Program-made: the position numbers and the translations under genes
Assembly: GCA_016763645.1 (NCBI GenBank)
Contig: JAESTK010000092.1
Span: 1-40,838, forward strand
Length of the DNA: 40,838 nucleotides
Reading direction: 5' to 3'
Source of the DNA: Flavobacteriales bacterium
GTDB lineage: Bacteria > Bacteroidota > Bacteroidia > Flavobacteriales_G > NORP312
The notes under the pieces: generated by a model
Database searches by the model: none
What the model was told of the DNA's origin: nothing
What the model saw: only the letters and a program-made list of their open reading frames with translations
In this document: piece by piece, positions 26,745 through 36,243 of the stretch
Layout of the letters: each line of letters opens with the position of its first letter
Position numbering within the stretch: the stretch's first letter is position 1

Positions 26745-28619
26745 ATGCATAAAGAGTACGATGTCATAGTTGTTGGTGGAGGCCATGCTGGTTGCGAAGC
26801 AGCAGCAGCAGCAGCTCGACTAGGTTCGTCTGTGTTGTTGGTTACGATGGACATGGAGCGTTTCGCGCAGATGTCGTGCAACCCAGCAATGGGTGGCGTA
26901 GCAAAAGGACAAATCGTGCGGGAAATGGACGCATTAGGGGGTTATTCAGGTATTGTTAGTGACCGTTCGGCTATTCAGTTTAGAATGCTAAACAAATCTA
27001 AGGGCCCTGCGATGTGGAGCCCCAGAACACAAAATGATAGAAGGCTTTTCACAACTTACTGGAGAGATATGCTAGAGGCAACACCAAATCTTGATTTTTG
27101 GCAGGATATGGTTACTAGAATTATAGTTAAATCTGGCAAGGTAACTGGGGTAAAGACAGGACTTGGTATTGACATTAAAGCAAAAGCCGTAATTCTTACA
27201 AACGGAACATTTTTAAATGGGTTAATTCATATTGGTGACAAGCAGTTTGGGGGAGGAAGAATGGCTGAACGCGCTTCTACAGGAATTACAGAACAGCTTC
27301 GAGAACTTGGTTTCGAAAGTGGAAGAATGAAAACAGGAACACCACCAAGAGTTGACGGACGTTCGTTAGACTTCTCGAAAATGGAAGAACAACCTGGCGA
27401 CACGAAACCAGGAAAATTTTCGTATTCTACTATTACGCAACCTTTGTCAAAACAGCGAAGCTGTCACATTACATATACAAACACAACAACACACGAATTG
27501 CTCAAAGAAGGCTTTGATAGGTCGCCCATGTTTAACGGTACAATACAGAGCACGGGGCCAAGATATTGTCCCTCTGTGGAAGATAAAATTAACCGTTTTG
27601 CAGACAAGGACAGGCACCAAATATTTGTTGAGCCCGAGGGGTGGAATACATGTGAAATCTATGTCAATGGATTTTCCACCTCCCTTCCTGAGGAGGTTCA
27701 AGTTAAAGCCCTAAGATCAGTAAAAGGGTTCGAAAATGTTAAGTTTTTCAGACCAGGATATGCTATTGAGTATGATTATTTTCCACCAACGCAATTAAAG
27801 CTTTCTTTAGAAACAAAACTGGTTGATAATCTGTATTTTGCTGGTCAAATAAATGGAACAACAGGTTACGAAGAAGCGGGTGCGCAAGGATTAATGGCGG
27901 GCACAAACGCTTCCCTAAAACTACAAGAAAAAGACGAGCTTATTCTGAAAAGAGACGAGGCATATATAGGCGTTTTAATCGATGATTTAATTACCAAGGG
28001 CACAGAAGAGCCGTATCGTATGTTTACTTCTCGTGCGGAGTATAGAATCTTACTGAGACAAGATAACGCTGATATTCGTCTAACCGAAATCGCGCATAAT
28101 ATTGGGCTGGTTGATGATGAGCGTTTAAAAAGAACACAGAAAAAAATTGAAGGGACAAGCGAATTGATTTCGTTCTACAAGAAGCAAAGTGTTGAGCCAG
28201 TTCTTATGAACATAGTACTAAACAAATTAAATTCCGCGCCCATCAAACAAAAAACAAAAGCAATTAATATTTTGTCTCGCCCTACGGTGGTTTCTCAGCA
28301 CTTGTCCGAAGCTTCTTCAGAAATTGCGGTGTTTCAAAGAAAACATAATGGATTATCAGACGAGGTTGTTGAGCAGGCGGAAATTATCGTTAAATACAGT
28401 GGTTATATAGAAAAAGAACGGCAAAACGCAGATAAGCTTCAGCGGCTTGATAATATTAAGCTATCTGATAATTTCGATTACGCTAAGCTTAAGTCGTTGT
28501 CGCTTGAAGCTAGAGAGAAGTTAGGGGTGATAAAACCGAAAACTATATCACAGGCATCTCGAATAAGTGGCGTAACACCTGCCGATATTTCTGTTCTAAT
28601 GGTGTTTTTAGGTCGATAA
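26745..28619 (+). CDS. mnmG: tRNA uridine-5-carboxymethylaminomethyl(34) synthesis enzyme MnmG (GidA)
   Basis: [56 protein letters not shown]. Confidence 0.98.
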   Translation: MHKEYDVIVVGGGHAGCEAAAAAARLGSSVLLVTMDMERFAQMSCNPAMGGVAKGQIVREMDALGGYSGIVSDRSAIQFRMLNKSKGPAMWSPRTQNDRRLFTTYWRDMLEATPNLDFWQDMVTRIIVKSGKVTGVKTGLGIDIKAKAVILTNGTFLNGLIHIGDKQFGGGRMAERASTGITEQLRELGFESGRMKTGTPPRVDGRSLDFSKMEEQPGDTKPGKFSYSTITQPLSKQRSCHITYTNTTTHELLKEGFDRSPMFNGTIQSTGPRYCPSVEDKINRFADKDRHQIFVEPEGWNTCEIYVNGFSTSLPEEVQVKALRSVKGFENVKFFRPGYAIEYDYFPPTQLKLSLETKLVDNLYFAGQINGTTGYEEAGAQGLMAGTNASLKLQEKDELILKRDEAYIGVLIDDLITKGTEEPYRMFTSRAEYRILLRQDNADIRLTEIAHNIGLVDDERLKRTQKKIEGTSELISFYKKQSVEPVLMNIVLNKLNSAPIKQKTKAINILSRPTVVSQHLSEASSEIAVFQRKHNGLSDEVVEQAEIIVKYSGYIEKERQNADKLQRLDNIKLSDNFDYAKLKSLSLEAREKLGVIKPKTISQASRISGVTPADISVLMVFLGR

Positions 28620-28635
28620 TGTTCCAGTTGAAACA
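28620..28635. promoter_or_regulatory. Degenerate parS site TGTTCCAGTTGAAACA
   Basis: 14/16 match to the site at 26721; immediately after the mnmG stop. Confidence 0.65.
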
Positions 28636-28643
28636 TAGTTGAG

Positions 28644-29534
28644 ATGGAAGAACTAGAGAGCTGTCCAATTTGCAAATCTTCAGAAAATCAACCTTTTTTA
28701 GAATGTACAGACTACACTGTTTCACGTGAAACATTTTCAATTGTAGAATGTTTAAGCTGTCGTTTTCGATACACAAACCCTCGCCCAAACGAGGAGGAAA
28801 TCAGCCCTTACTATAAAGCAGAAGCGTACATTTCTCATACAAACTCCGGAAAAGGACTTGTAAACTTTATTTATAAACAAGTTAGAAAATATACTCTTGG
28901 GCAGAAATTTAAGTTGATTTCTAATTTAGTTTCGGGCAACACTATTTTAGATTACGGGAGTGGAGCAGGCGCATTTTTAAATTATTGTAAGGAAAAGAAT
29001 TGGACAACAAAAGGGGTAGAGGCTGATAAAGAAACACGTGAAAAGGTCATTAAGGAATTCGGTCTGGAGGTTATTAGTCCTGCACAAATTTCTACTCTAG
29101 GAAAACAAGAGTTTGACGTTATTACTTTATGGCATGTGCTAGAACACGTTCATCAATTAAAGGAAACGTTGGGGGTTTTGATTAATAGCTTAAAGCAGGA
29201 TGGCGTGCTTATTATTGCAGTTCCAAATTGCGCGAGCCATGATGCAAAACACTATGGTAAGGAATGGGCAGCTTATGACGTACCGCGGCATTTATATCAT
29301 TTTCGTCCTGATGACATATCAAGTCTATTCAAAGAGTTCGACTTTAAAGTTGTTGATGTCTTGCCCATGATTTTTGATTCGTATTATGTAAGTATGTTAA
29401 GTGAAAAGCATAAAACGGGATCTACCGGCTTTTTCTCTGGAATGTGGAATGGTTTTCTTTCAAATTTAAAAGCGTACTCTAAAAAGTCATATTCTAGCCA
29501 AATTTACATTTTGAGGAAGAATAAAGCGCTTTAA
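28644..29534 (+). CDS. Class I SAM-dependent methyltransferase with N-terminal CxxC/CxxC
   Basis: CPIC...CLSC, LDYGSGAG, FDVITLWHVLEHV, PRHLYHF. Confidence 0.9.
   Translation: MEELESCPICKSSENQPFLECTDYTVSRETFSIVECLSCRFRYTNPRPNEEEISPYYKAEAYISHTNSGKGLVNFIYKQVRKYTLGQKFKLISNLVSGNTILDYGSGAGAFLNYCKEKNWTTKGVEADKETREKVIKEFGLEVISPAQISTLGKQEFDVITLWHVLEHVHQLKETLGVLINSLKQDGVLIIAVPNCASHDAKHYGKEWAAYDVPRHLYHFRPDDISSLFKEFDFKVVDVLPMIFDSYYVSMLSEKHKTGSTGFFSGMWNGFLSNLKAYSKKSYSSQIYILRKNKAL
28718..28733. promoter_or_regulatory. Perfect palindromic parS site TGTTTCACGTGAAACA inside a CDS
   Basis: 16-bp palindrome encoding VSRET in the methyltransferase. Confidence 0.9.
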
Positions 29535-29649
29535 GCAAGCGAGTAGATCCGCTAGTGTAGGGGGGTTAAATATTCAAGAAACAGGCTTAAATCCAAAGCG
29601 CTCACAATGTGCTGGCTGTGAGTGAATTAAGAAGAGAAATACAAAAAAG

Positions 29650-29723
29650 CGCACTCGGAAGGATTCGAACCCTCAACCATCGGAGCCGAAATCCGATATT
29701 CTATCCAGTTGAACTACGAGTGC
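29650..29723 (-). tRNA. tRNA-Arg (anticodon UCG), CCA not encoded
   Basis: Acceptor GCACTCG/CGAGTGC; D-arm with TGGATAG; anticodon arm TCGGA-TTTCGGC-TCCGA; GTTCGAATC T-loop; -7 element TATTTTTG at 29730-29737. Confidence 0.95.
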
Positions 29724-29821
29724 GTTTTGCAAAAATAGAAATTGTTATTTCTTAAAACAGGAAAACGAAAATATTTGTCAGATATAAACAACAAATGCAC
29801 AAATTTGCGTTTATGTCATTT

Positions 29822-32137
29822 ATGAAAAAAACTGTTTTAGCAAGTCTTGGGCTGTTTTTGAGCCTTATCTCTTTAGGCCAAAATTTAGGACTAGAAGAGT
29901 GGCAGTACCACATTCCTTATCAGAACGGCATTGCTGTATCAGATGCTGGAAATTTAGTCTATTGCGCGTCTTATGCAGGCATGTATTATTTCAATAAATC
30001 AGATAATAGCGTAAATAGGTTTACAAGAATACAAGGGCTTTCAGATATTGGGATTACCGATATAGTGTTCGCGGAAGAAACCGATATTTTGGTTGTTGGC
30101 TACGAAAATGGAAACATTGATTTGGTCCAATTAAATTCTGTAATAAATATATCGGGAATAAAAGACGCAAATTTTCCTGGGACTAAGAGGATTAATAAAA
30201 TTACAATTATAGACGAATTAGCGTATTTGTCATGTGGGTTTGGAATTGTTGTTGTCGATTTATTAAAACAGGAAATTCGCGATACTTATTACCTTAATTC
30301 AAGTCAAAACTTAGGCGTAAATGATATTGTCGTAAACGGCATCGGTATTTATGCCGCAACAAATAGCGGTTTGTTTTTTTCTGAATTTTCTAATAATCTA
30401 AGTGATCCCGAACAATGGAAAGTTGAGACCGACTTACCCGATTCAACATTTTCTAGATTGTTCTTTTTTCAGGAAAAACTGTACGCAAATTACAGCAACA
30501 ATGTGTTTAAATCAGACACACTTTTTTATCTAGAAAATGGAACTTGGAAAAAACAACAAGCAGTATACAATCAAGCAAATGCTTTTTTTGATGTGTTGGA
30601 AGATAGAGTTGTTGTTTGTCACACCTACAAGATCGTAGTGTATGATGGGAGTTGGAACACTATACAAGAGTTAACAACGTATGGTCAAATTGCTCCAGCG
30701 GCAAAGCAGGCTGTTTTTGATGAAAACGACCCCTCAGTTATTTGGGCCGCGGACTCCCGTAAAGGACTTATTAAAATTACAGGGGATAATCAATACGAAG
30801 CACATACAGTTTTAGGACCCCCTTCAAGAAACTCTCATGAAATTACTTCACACGGAAGTGATGTTTGGATTGCTTCTGGGTCAATATATGGAGGTCTATG
30901 GAGTAATACATACAATAAAGATGGAGTGTTTAAATTTTCAGAAAACGAATGGAAAATTTATAGCAAAGAAACATTAGATGGAATAGATTCTTTATTCGAT
31001 TTTCTCTCTGTTGCTATAGACCCAATAAATCAAGACAAAGTTTTTTTTGCCGTTCACGGAGATGGGATTGTAGAAGTTATAAACGATGTTCACACTGAAA
31101 CATACGGGCAAAGTAATAGTAGCGTTAGCCTTGTAGAAGGGGCTACACCAGATTATCAATATGCGGGAATGACAAGTCTAACTTTCGATGGAAATAATAT
31201 TTTATGGGGCGCAAACGCGAGGGCTAAAAGCGTATTATGTGCAAAAGATCAAGGCGAAAATTGGTATTCGTTCGATTTAAGTTCGGTTATGTCAAATAAA
31301 AGAACGGGCCGAATGATAGCAACATCGAACAATATTATATGGGTAGCTCTTCCAAAAAACGCAGGGATAGTTGTGTTGAATTACAACAACACAATAGCCG
31401 ATACAACTGACGATCAAATGATAGGGTTGACAACCACAAAAGGGGGACTTTCTAGCAATACGGTTCTCGATTTGGTAGAAGACCTTGATGGGGAAATATG
31501 GGTTGGTACAGCGGAAGGCGTAGTCGTTTTTCGATCTCCTTCAGATTTATTCGGAGAGAATCCTTCTGATGCAGAAAAAATTCTTATTCAACAAGATGGT
31601 TATACGGAGTATTTGTTAGAAACCCAAACCGTAACGGCCATTACTATCGATGGCGCAAATAGAAAATGGATTGGCACATCCTCCTCAGGGGTATACCTAA
31701 TCGCAGAAGACGGAACCGAAGAAATACTACATTTTACAGTAGAAAATAGCCCATTAATTTCTAACATCATACTAACAATTGGTGTAAATCACGAAACAGG
31801 AGAAGTTTTTTTTGGGACAGATCAGGGAGTTTGCTCATATAAATCCACAGCAACAGGAGGAACCATAGATTATAGCCAAGTATATGCCTACCCTAATCCC
31901 GTTACACCAGATTATTATGGGGATATTGCAATTAAAGGGCTTGTGACGAATTCCGAAATTAGAATTACAGATATTAATGGGTATTTAGTTTACAAAGGAG
32001 TCGCAAATGGAGGTCAAGCCATTTGGAATGGACAAACAACATCAGGAGATAGAGTGAAAACAGGGGTTTACTTAGTTTTTTGTGCCACACCAGACGGGTC
32101 GCAATCGGTTGCTACGAAAATTTTATTCATCAATTAG
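29822..32137 (+). CDS. porZ: T9SS PorZ-like beta-propeller protein with C-terminal CTD (ORF open from 29795; start uncertain)
   Basis: Signal peptide; repeated D..G.IWVGT..G blades, IDGANRKWIGT; CTD YAYPNPV, IWNG, GVYLV; adjacent to recO. Confidence 0.85.
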   Translation: MKKTVLASLGLFLSLISLGQNLGLEEWQYHIPYQNGIAVSDAGNLVYCASYAGMYYFNKSDNSVNRFTRIQGLSDIGITDIVFAEETDILVVGYENGNIDLVQLNSVINISGIKDANFPGTKRINKITIIDELAYLSCGFGIVVVDLLKQEIRDTYYLNSSQNLGVNDIVVNGIGIYAATNSGLFFSEFSNNLSDPEQWKVETDLPDSTFSRLFFFQEKLYANYSNNVFKSDTLFYLENGTWKKQQAVYNQANAFFDVLEDRVVVCHTYKIVVYDGSWNTIQELTTYGQIAPAAKQAVFDENDPSVIWAADSRKGLIKITGDNQYEAHTVLGPPSRNSHEITSHGSDVWIASGSIYGGLWSNTYNKDGVFKFSENEWKIYSKETLDGIDSLFDFLSVAIDPINQDKVFFAVHGDGIVEVINDVHTETYGQSNSSVSLVEGATPDYQYAGMTSLTFDGNNILWGANARAKSVLCAKDQGENWYSFDLSSVMSNKRTGRMIATSNNIIWVALPKNAGIVVLNYNNTIADTTDDQMIGLTTTKGGLSSNTVLDLVEDLDGEIWVGTAEGVVVFRSPSDLFGENPSDAEKILIQQDGYTEYLLETQTVTAITIDGANRKWIGTSSSGVYLIAEDGTEEILHFTVENSPLISNIILTIGVNHETGEVFFGTDQGVCSYKSTATGGTIDYSQVYAYPNPVTPDYYGDIAIKGLVTNSEIRITDINGYLVYKGVANGGQAIWNGQTTSGDRVKTGVYLVFCATPDGSQSVATKILFIN

Positions 32138-32155
32138 CCACAAACAATTGCGCGA

Positions 32156-32857
32156 ATGGCAAAATTTTCAGGAATAATTCTTCACAAGCTAAAGTATTCT
32201 GACACAAGTTTAATTGTCAAAATCCTTACCAGAGAACAAGGTCTTATTTCCGGAATCGCGAGAGGTGTACGTAAAAGTAAAAAAGGTGGATTTCTTTTTC
32301 AAACAGGAAATATTGTTGAGGTAGAGTGTTCAAAAAAAGCAACGAGTAGTTTATATTCTATTAAAGAATGTACAATTAGCAGACCTTACTTAAACGCCCT
32401 TGATGATATTTCGAAAAATATGATTATTATTTTTCTGTGTGAATACGTATTAAGATCTATTGAAGAAGAACACACTGATCCAGAGCTATATGATTTTGTG
32501 TTAGGCCAGTTTTTATCTTTAGATAGAGGTCAAAATCGAGAAAAAACAAAAGAGTTTCACCTAGTATTTTTAATTCAACTAACAAAATATTTAGGGTTTT
32601 ACCCCGAAAATAATTACCAAAAAGGAATGTCTTTTAACTTGTTGGCGGGGCAATTTTCACGCGAATCAGTGAACTACGACTTAACTACATCTAGCTGGCT
32701 TGCGGAGTTGATGGCACAAAAAGAAGATGCCGTAGTTTTCGACTCAAAAACAAAACGGAAAGAAGTGCTACACTTATTGGTTAAATATTACAAGATCCAC
32801 CTACTCGGCATGGGAGAAATTAAATCATTACAGGTTTTGGAAGCGTTAGCCCACTAA
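32156..32857 (+). CDS. recO: DNA repair protein RecO
   Basis: GIIL...KYSDTSLIV.ILT.E.G, ARGVRK, LTKYLGFYP, KSLQVL. Confidence 0.92.
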   Translation: MAKFSGIILHKLKYSDTSLIVKILTREQGLISGIARGVRKSKKGGFLFQTGNIVEVECSKKATSSLYSIKECTISRPYLNALDDISKNMIIIFLCEYVLRSIEEEHTDPELYDFVLGQFLSLDRGQNREKTKEFHLVFLIQLTKYLGFYPENNYQKGMSFNLLAGQFSRESVNYDLTTSSWLAELMAQKEDAVVFDSKTKRKEVLHLLVKYYKIHLLGMGEIKSLQVLEALAH

Positions 32858-32867
32858 AAGTCTTGGG

Positions 32868-33128
32868 TTACTTGAACATATCCTTTCCAGGAACAATTCC
32901 TTGAAGCATTTCTGCAGCAACAATATCGTTAATGTTTACAGGAGTTTTTAACGATGAATTCACCGCCCCTTTTGTTTTAATCCGGTTATAATTTTCAGAG
33001 CTTGAAAAATAATAGGTTTCTTTGAACTCATCACCTTCTTTCCACACCACACCATAAATATCTTTTCCAGACCGAAGCTTAAATTTGCATGGCCTGTCGT
33101 AGTATAGTTTTAATGATGTGTTATCCAT
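32868..33128 (-). CDS. Hypothetical protein (86 aa)
   Basis: ATG-started ORF with normal composition filling the intergenic space; no motif recognised. Confidence 0.65.
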   Translation of the reverse strand: MDNTSLKLYYDRPCKFKLRSGKDIYGVVWKEGDEFKETYYFSSSENYNRIKTKGAVNSSLKTPVNINDIVAAEMLQGIVPGKDMFK

Positions 33129-33277
33129 TTTACAGTCTATTAACGAACGAGCAAGTTCGGCATTTTACAGCAAAAAATACAGAGAAAAAGCGCCTACTTA
33201 TTAACAACTAATTGTTCGGAGGTTGATATTTTTACAAGAGGGTTTGTTTACTTTGGTGCCTATATGTAATTTGCACG

Positions 33278-34623
33278 TTGATAGAAGTGGTGTTTAAAAG
33301 AATAATATTGTTTTGTTTAGTGTTGATTTTATCGGCAAATGTTTGCTCTGCACAAAAAGGGAATAGAAAACAAAACCAAGATGCATTTTTAAAAAAAGAT
33401 AAAAAAGGGAAGCCAGAACAACATAAAGATTCGTTTTCTTCTAAGAAAAAAAAGCAGGCAAAAAATAAAAAAACGGATTCGTTTTCAAAAAAACAGAAAA
33501 AGAGTAAAGTCACGGTAACAAAAGATTCCTTCACAAAAAAAGAGGCAAGCCGACAAAAATTAGCCACAGAGATAGTTTTTCGGCTAAAGTTTCCAAGTCG
33601 AGCCCCACAAAAAATAAAGATTCGTTTAATAAACAAGTAAAACAAAAAAAGAGCCCTAAACATAAAGATGCTTTTCTTGCTAAATCTGCGAAAAAGAATA
33701 AGCTAGAGTTAAAAAGCTCGTTCACTAAAAAAGAAACAAAAAAAGGAACAGGGGAGGTATCTAGCGCATTTCTGAAAAAAAAGACAAAGCAGAAAAAGAC
33801 CAAAACTACGGACGCTTTTTCTGCAGAAAAGATGAAGGCCGATTTAGGGATGAAAGCAGACCACTTTACAAGGAAAACGGTTAAAAGAAAAAAAGCGAAG
33901 AAAGGGAGTACAGATTCTTTTTCATCTAAACTCACGAAGTCAAAATACGCAACAGATAGTGATGCTTTTGGTAAAAAGATATCAAAATCAAAGAAGAGAA
34001 AAGGCGATGGTCTGTCCGATTCTTTTTCATCAAAAATATACAAGCCAAAATATGCTACAGATGCCGATGCATTTGGTAAAAAGATAAGAAAATCTAAAAA
34101 AATTAAAGGTGATGGTTTGTCTGATTCTTTTTCATCAAAAATCATAAAAGTGAACACAGGGAAAAGCAAAGACGCTTTTGCGAGTAAGGTTAAAAAATCG
34201 AAAAGGCTTAAAAAAGGAAGTGACGGATTGGGAGACGGATTTACTTCTCCCGTTAAAATGGTTGGTGTAATTACTGATGCAGATGCCTTTTCTTCAAAGG
34301 TTCGAAGAACAAGGTTAAAGGGAAAAAAGGGACAAAAAGGATGGATGGCAGATTCTTTTTCATCAGGATTAAAAGATAGCCAATATACTGTTGATGGAGA
34401 TGCATTTAGCGGAGGAGGATCAAGAATTAAGCTATTAAAAATGAAGATAAAGGCTCGAAAAAAACGAGGAGGAATATTTGCTAAGCCGAAAAAAGAAGGC
34501 CCAAAAAGCAGTAAAAACAAGGAAGAGTTTACCATTAGCCCTAAAGCAAAGAAAAAGCAGCAAAAACGTAGAAGTTCAACAAACGAGACCGATTTATTTC
34601 CTCGCGGTGTTATGCCAAAATAG
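33278..34623 (+). CDS. Secreted Lys-rich D[SA]F-repeat protein (~448 aa) interrupted by a -1 frameshift at the A7 tract 33535-33541
   Basis: Signal peptide FKRIILFCLVLILSANVCSA-Q; D[SA]F..K repeats run in the 33278 frame to 33541, then continue without a stop in the -1 frame (RGKPTKISHRDSFSAK...) into ORF 33832-34623. Confidence 0.75.
33943..34143 (+). repeat. 105-bp (35 aa) internal tandem duplication
   Basis: KYATDSDAFGKKISKSKKRKGDGLSDSFSSKI at 33943 vs KYATDADAFGKKIRKSKKIKGDGLSDSFSSKI at 34048. Confidence 0.85.
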
Positions 34624-34755
34624 AAACTTTGGTATGGTTTTGGTTTATTGGCCGTGCAAAATGACGAACATTCTCCTAAAAAAGTATAACTTGCGCGGTT
34701 AAAGTAAACGGTAACAAATTTGTACAAACTACGTTTAGGAGCGTTGCTTAATTAA

Positions 34756-35295
34756 ATGAAAAAACTCATTGTTATATCAATTTTATTTGTTGGGATGCTG
34801 ACCAGTGCGGTTACATCGTACAAATCTGCTGTGAAGCAAAATTTTGATACTAACGCAAAAATGAAGGCTGTTTTTGTCTATAATTTTACTAGATACATAG
34901 AATGGCCAGACGAATATAAACAAGGCAACTTTATTATCGGGTTATTGGGAGAGACTTCAATTACAGATGAATTAAATAAAGTTGCAGCCACCAAGAAAGC
35001 AGTAAACCAAACGATAGAAATAAAGAAATTTAGCTCACTTAGTGATGTTTCTGAATGTCATATACTGTACGTGTCTTCCAAAAACTCAGGAGACCTTGCG
35101 TCTGCTTTGCAGAAAACAAAAGGAAGGAGTACGCTAGTAATTACTGAGCAAGAGGGGCTTGCAGCAAAGGGAGCAGGAATTTCATTTAAAATCGTTGCCA
35201 ATAGGCAGAAATTCGAGATTAATAAAGGAAGCATTGAAAAAAGGAAAATGACAGTAGGCTCAGCGCTACTTTCTTTAGCCATTGTGGTTGACTAA
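34756..35295 (+). CDS. yfiR: YfiR (DUF4154) family periplasmic protein
   Basis: Signal peptide; KAVFVYNFTRYIEWP, CHILYV, TLVITE, FEIN. Confidence 0.88.
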   Translation: MKKLIVISILFVGMLTSAVTSYKSAVKQNFDTNAKMKAVFVYNFTRYIEWPDEYKQGNFIIGLLGETSITDELNKVAATKKAVNQTIEIKKFSSLSDVSECHILYVSSKNSGDLASALQKTKGRSTLVITEQEGLAAKGAGISFKIVANRQKFEINKGSIEKRKMTVGSALLSLAIVVD

Positions 35296-36218
35296 TGACT
35301 TTTGAATTTAACATATCGACAAAAAGTAACGCAATTAAATTTGCGATGGTATTGCTTGTTATGCTTACCTGTGGGGATGTTTCTGCCCAGCAAAAAGCTG
35401 TTCGAGAAGCGCTAAAAGCGTTACAAACAGAAGATATGGCGACAGCAAAAGCTTATATAGACTCAGCCTCTGTTCATGTAGAAACTAAAGACTCATCGTC
35501 AACATGGTATTACAAAGGGTTTATCTATAAAAAGATATACAACAATCAAGAAAAGTCAAACAAAGAATCAAGCGCAAGAAACACTTCTGTTGAAGCATTT
35601 AAACGATTTTTTGAGATAGACAAAAAGAGTGAGCTGTATGAAACAGCCTATAAAAGCACGAAATATTTAGCCTCAACATACTACAATGATGCTGCCACAT
35701 CTCTAAACCCTAATGGCTATGTGTTGGCGATTAAAAACTTCGAGAAGCATAAAGAAACGATGCGTTTAATTGAACCCAACCATAATTTTGGTTCTTTAGA
35801 AATGCAATTTTATTTAGTGTTGGGGCAAGTATATAATCAACTGTATGAACAAGATAGAGTAGTAAACAAGTCGTTTTACCAAAAGACACAAGACGCTTAT
35901 TTAATTGTTTTAGGAGTTGATTCAAATAATTTAAGTGCAAATTACAATATCGCAATCCTGTATTATAATGAGGGGGTTAATATTATCAAAAACCTTGACT
36001 ATGATTTAGATTTGATTACCTTAGAATTAATACAAGATGAAGTCGTTCAATTATTTCAAATGGCGCTCCCATTCGCTGAAAAAGCATATCAATTAAATCC
36101 AAAAAGAAAAGAAACACTAATTATGCTGTCAGGGATTTATTTTAGTTTAAATGAAATGGAAAAATCTCAGGAAATTCAGAAGCAATTAGAAGAATTAGAA
36201 AACGCAGGAGCGGAATAG
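35295..36218 (+). CDS. Exported TPR-repeat protein
   Basis: Signal-like N-terminus; TWYYKGFIY, ANYNIAILYYN, EKAYQLNP helical repeats. Confidence 0.8.
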   Translation: MTFEFNISTKSNAIKFAMVLLVMLTCGDVSAQQKAVREALKALQTEDMATAKAYIDSASVHVETKDSSSTWYYKGFIYKKIYNNQEKSNKESSARNTSVEAFKRFFEIDKKSELYETAYKSTKYLASTYYNDAATSLNPNGYVLAIKNFEKHKETMRLIEPNHNFGSLEMQFYLVLGQVYNQLYEQDRVVNKSFYQKTQDAYLIVLGVDSNNLSANYNIAILYYNEGVNIIKNLDYDLDLITLELIQDEVVQLFQMALPFAEKAYQLNPKRKETLIMLSGIYFSLNEMEKSQEIQKQLEELENAGAE

Positions 36219-36243
36219 TTATACAAGACCTTAAGAGCAAAGA

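Noticed and set aside
33531-34727. 398-aa minus-strand ORF
   Set aside because: Antisense shadow (F/L/S-rich) of the A-rich Lys-repeat gene; the signal peptide and repeats are on the plus strand
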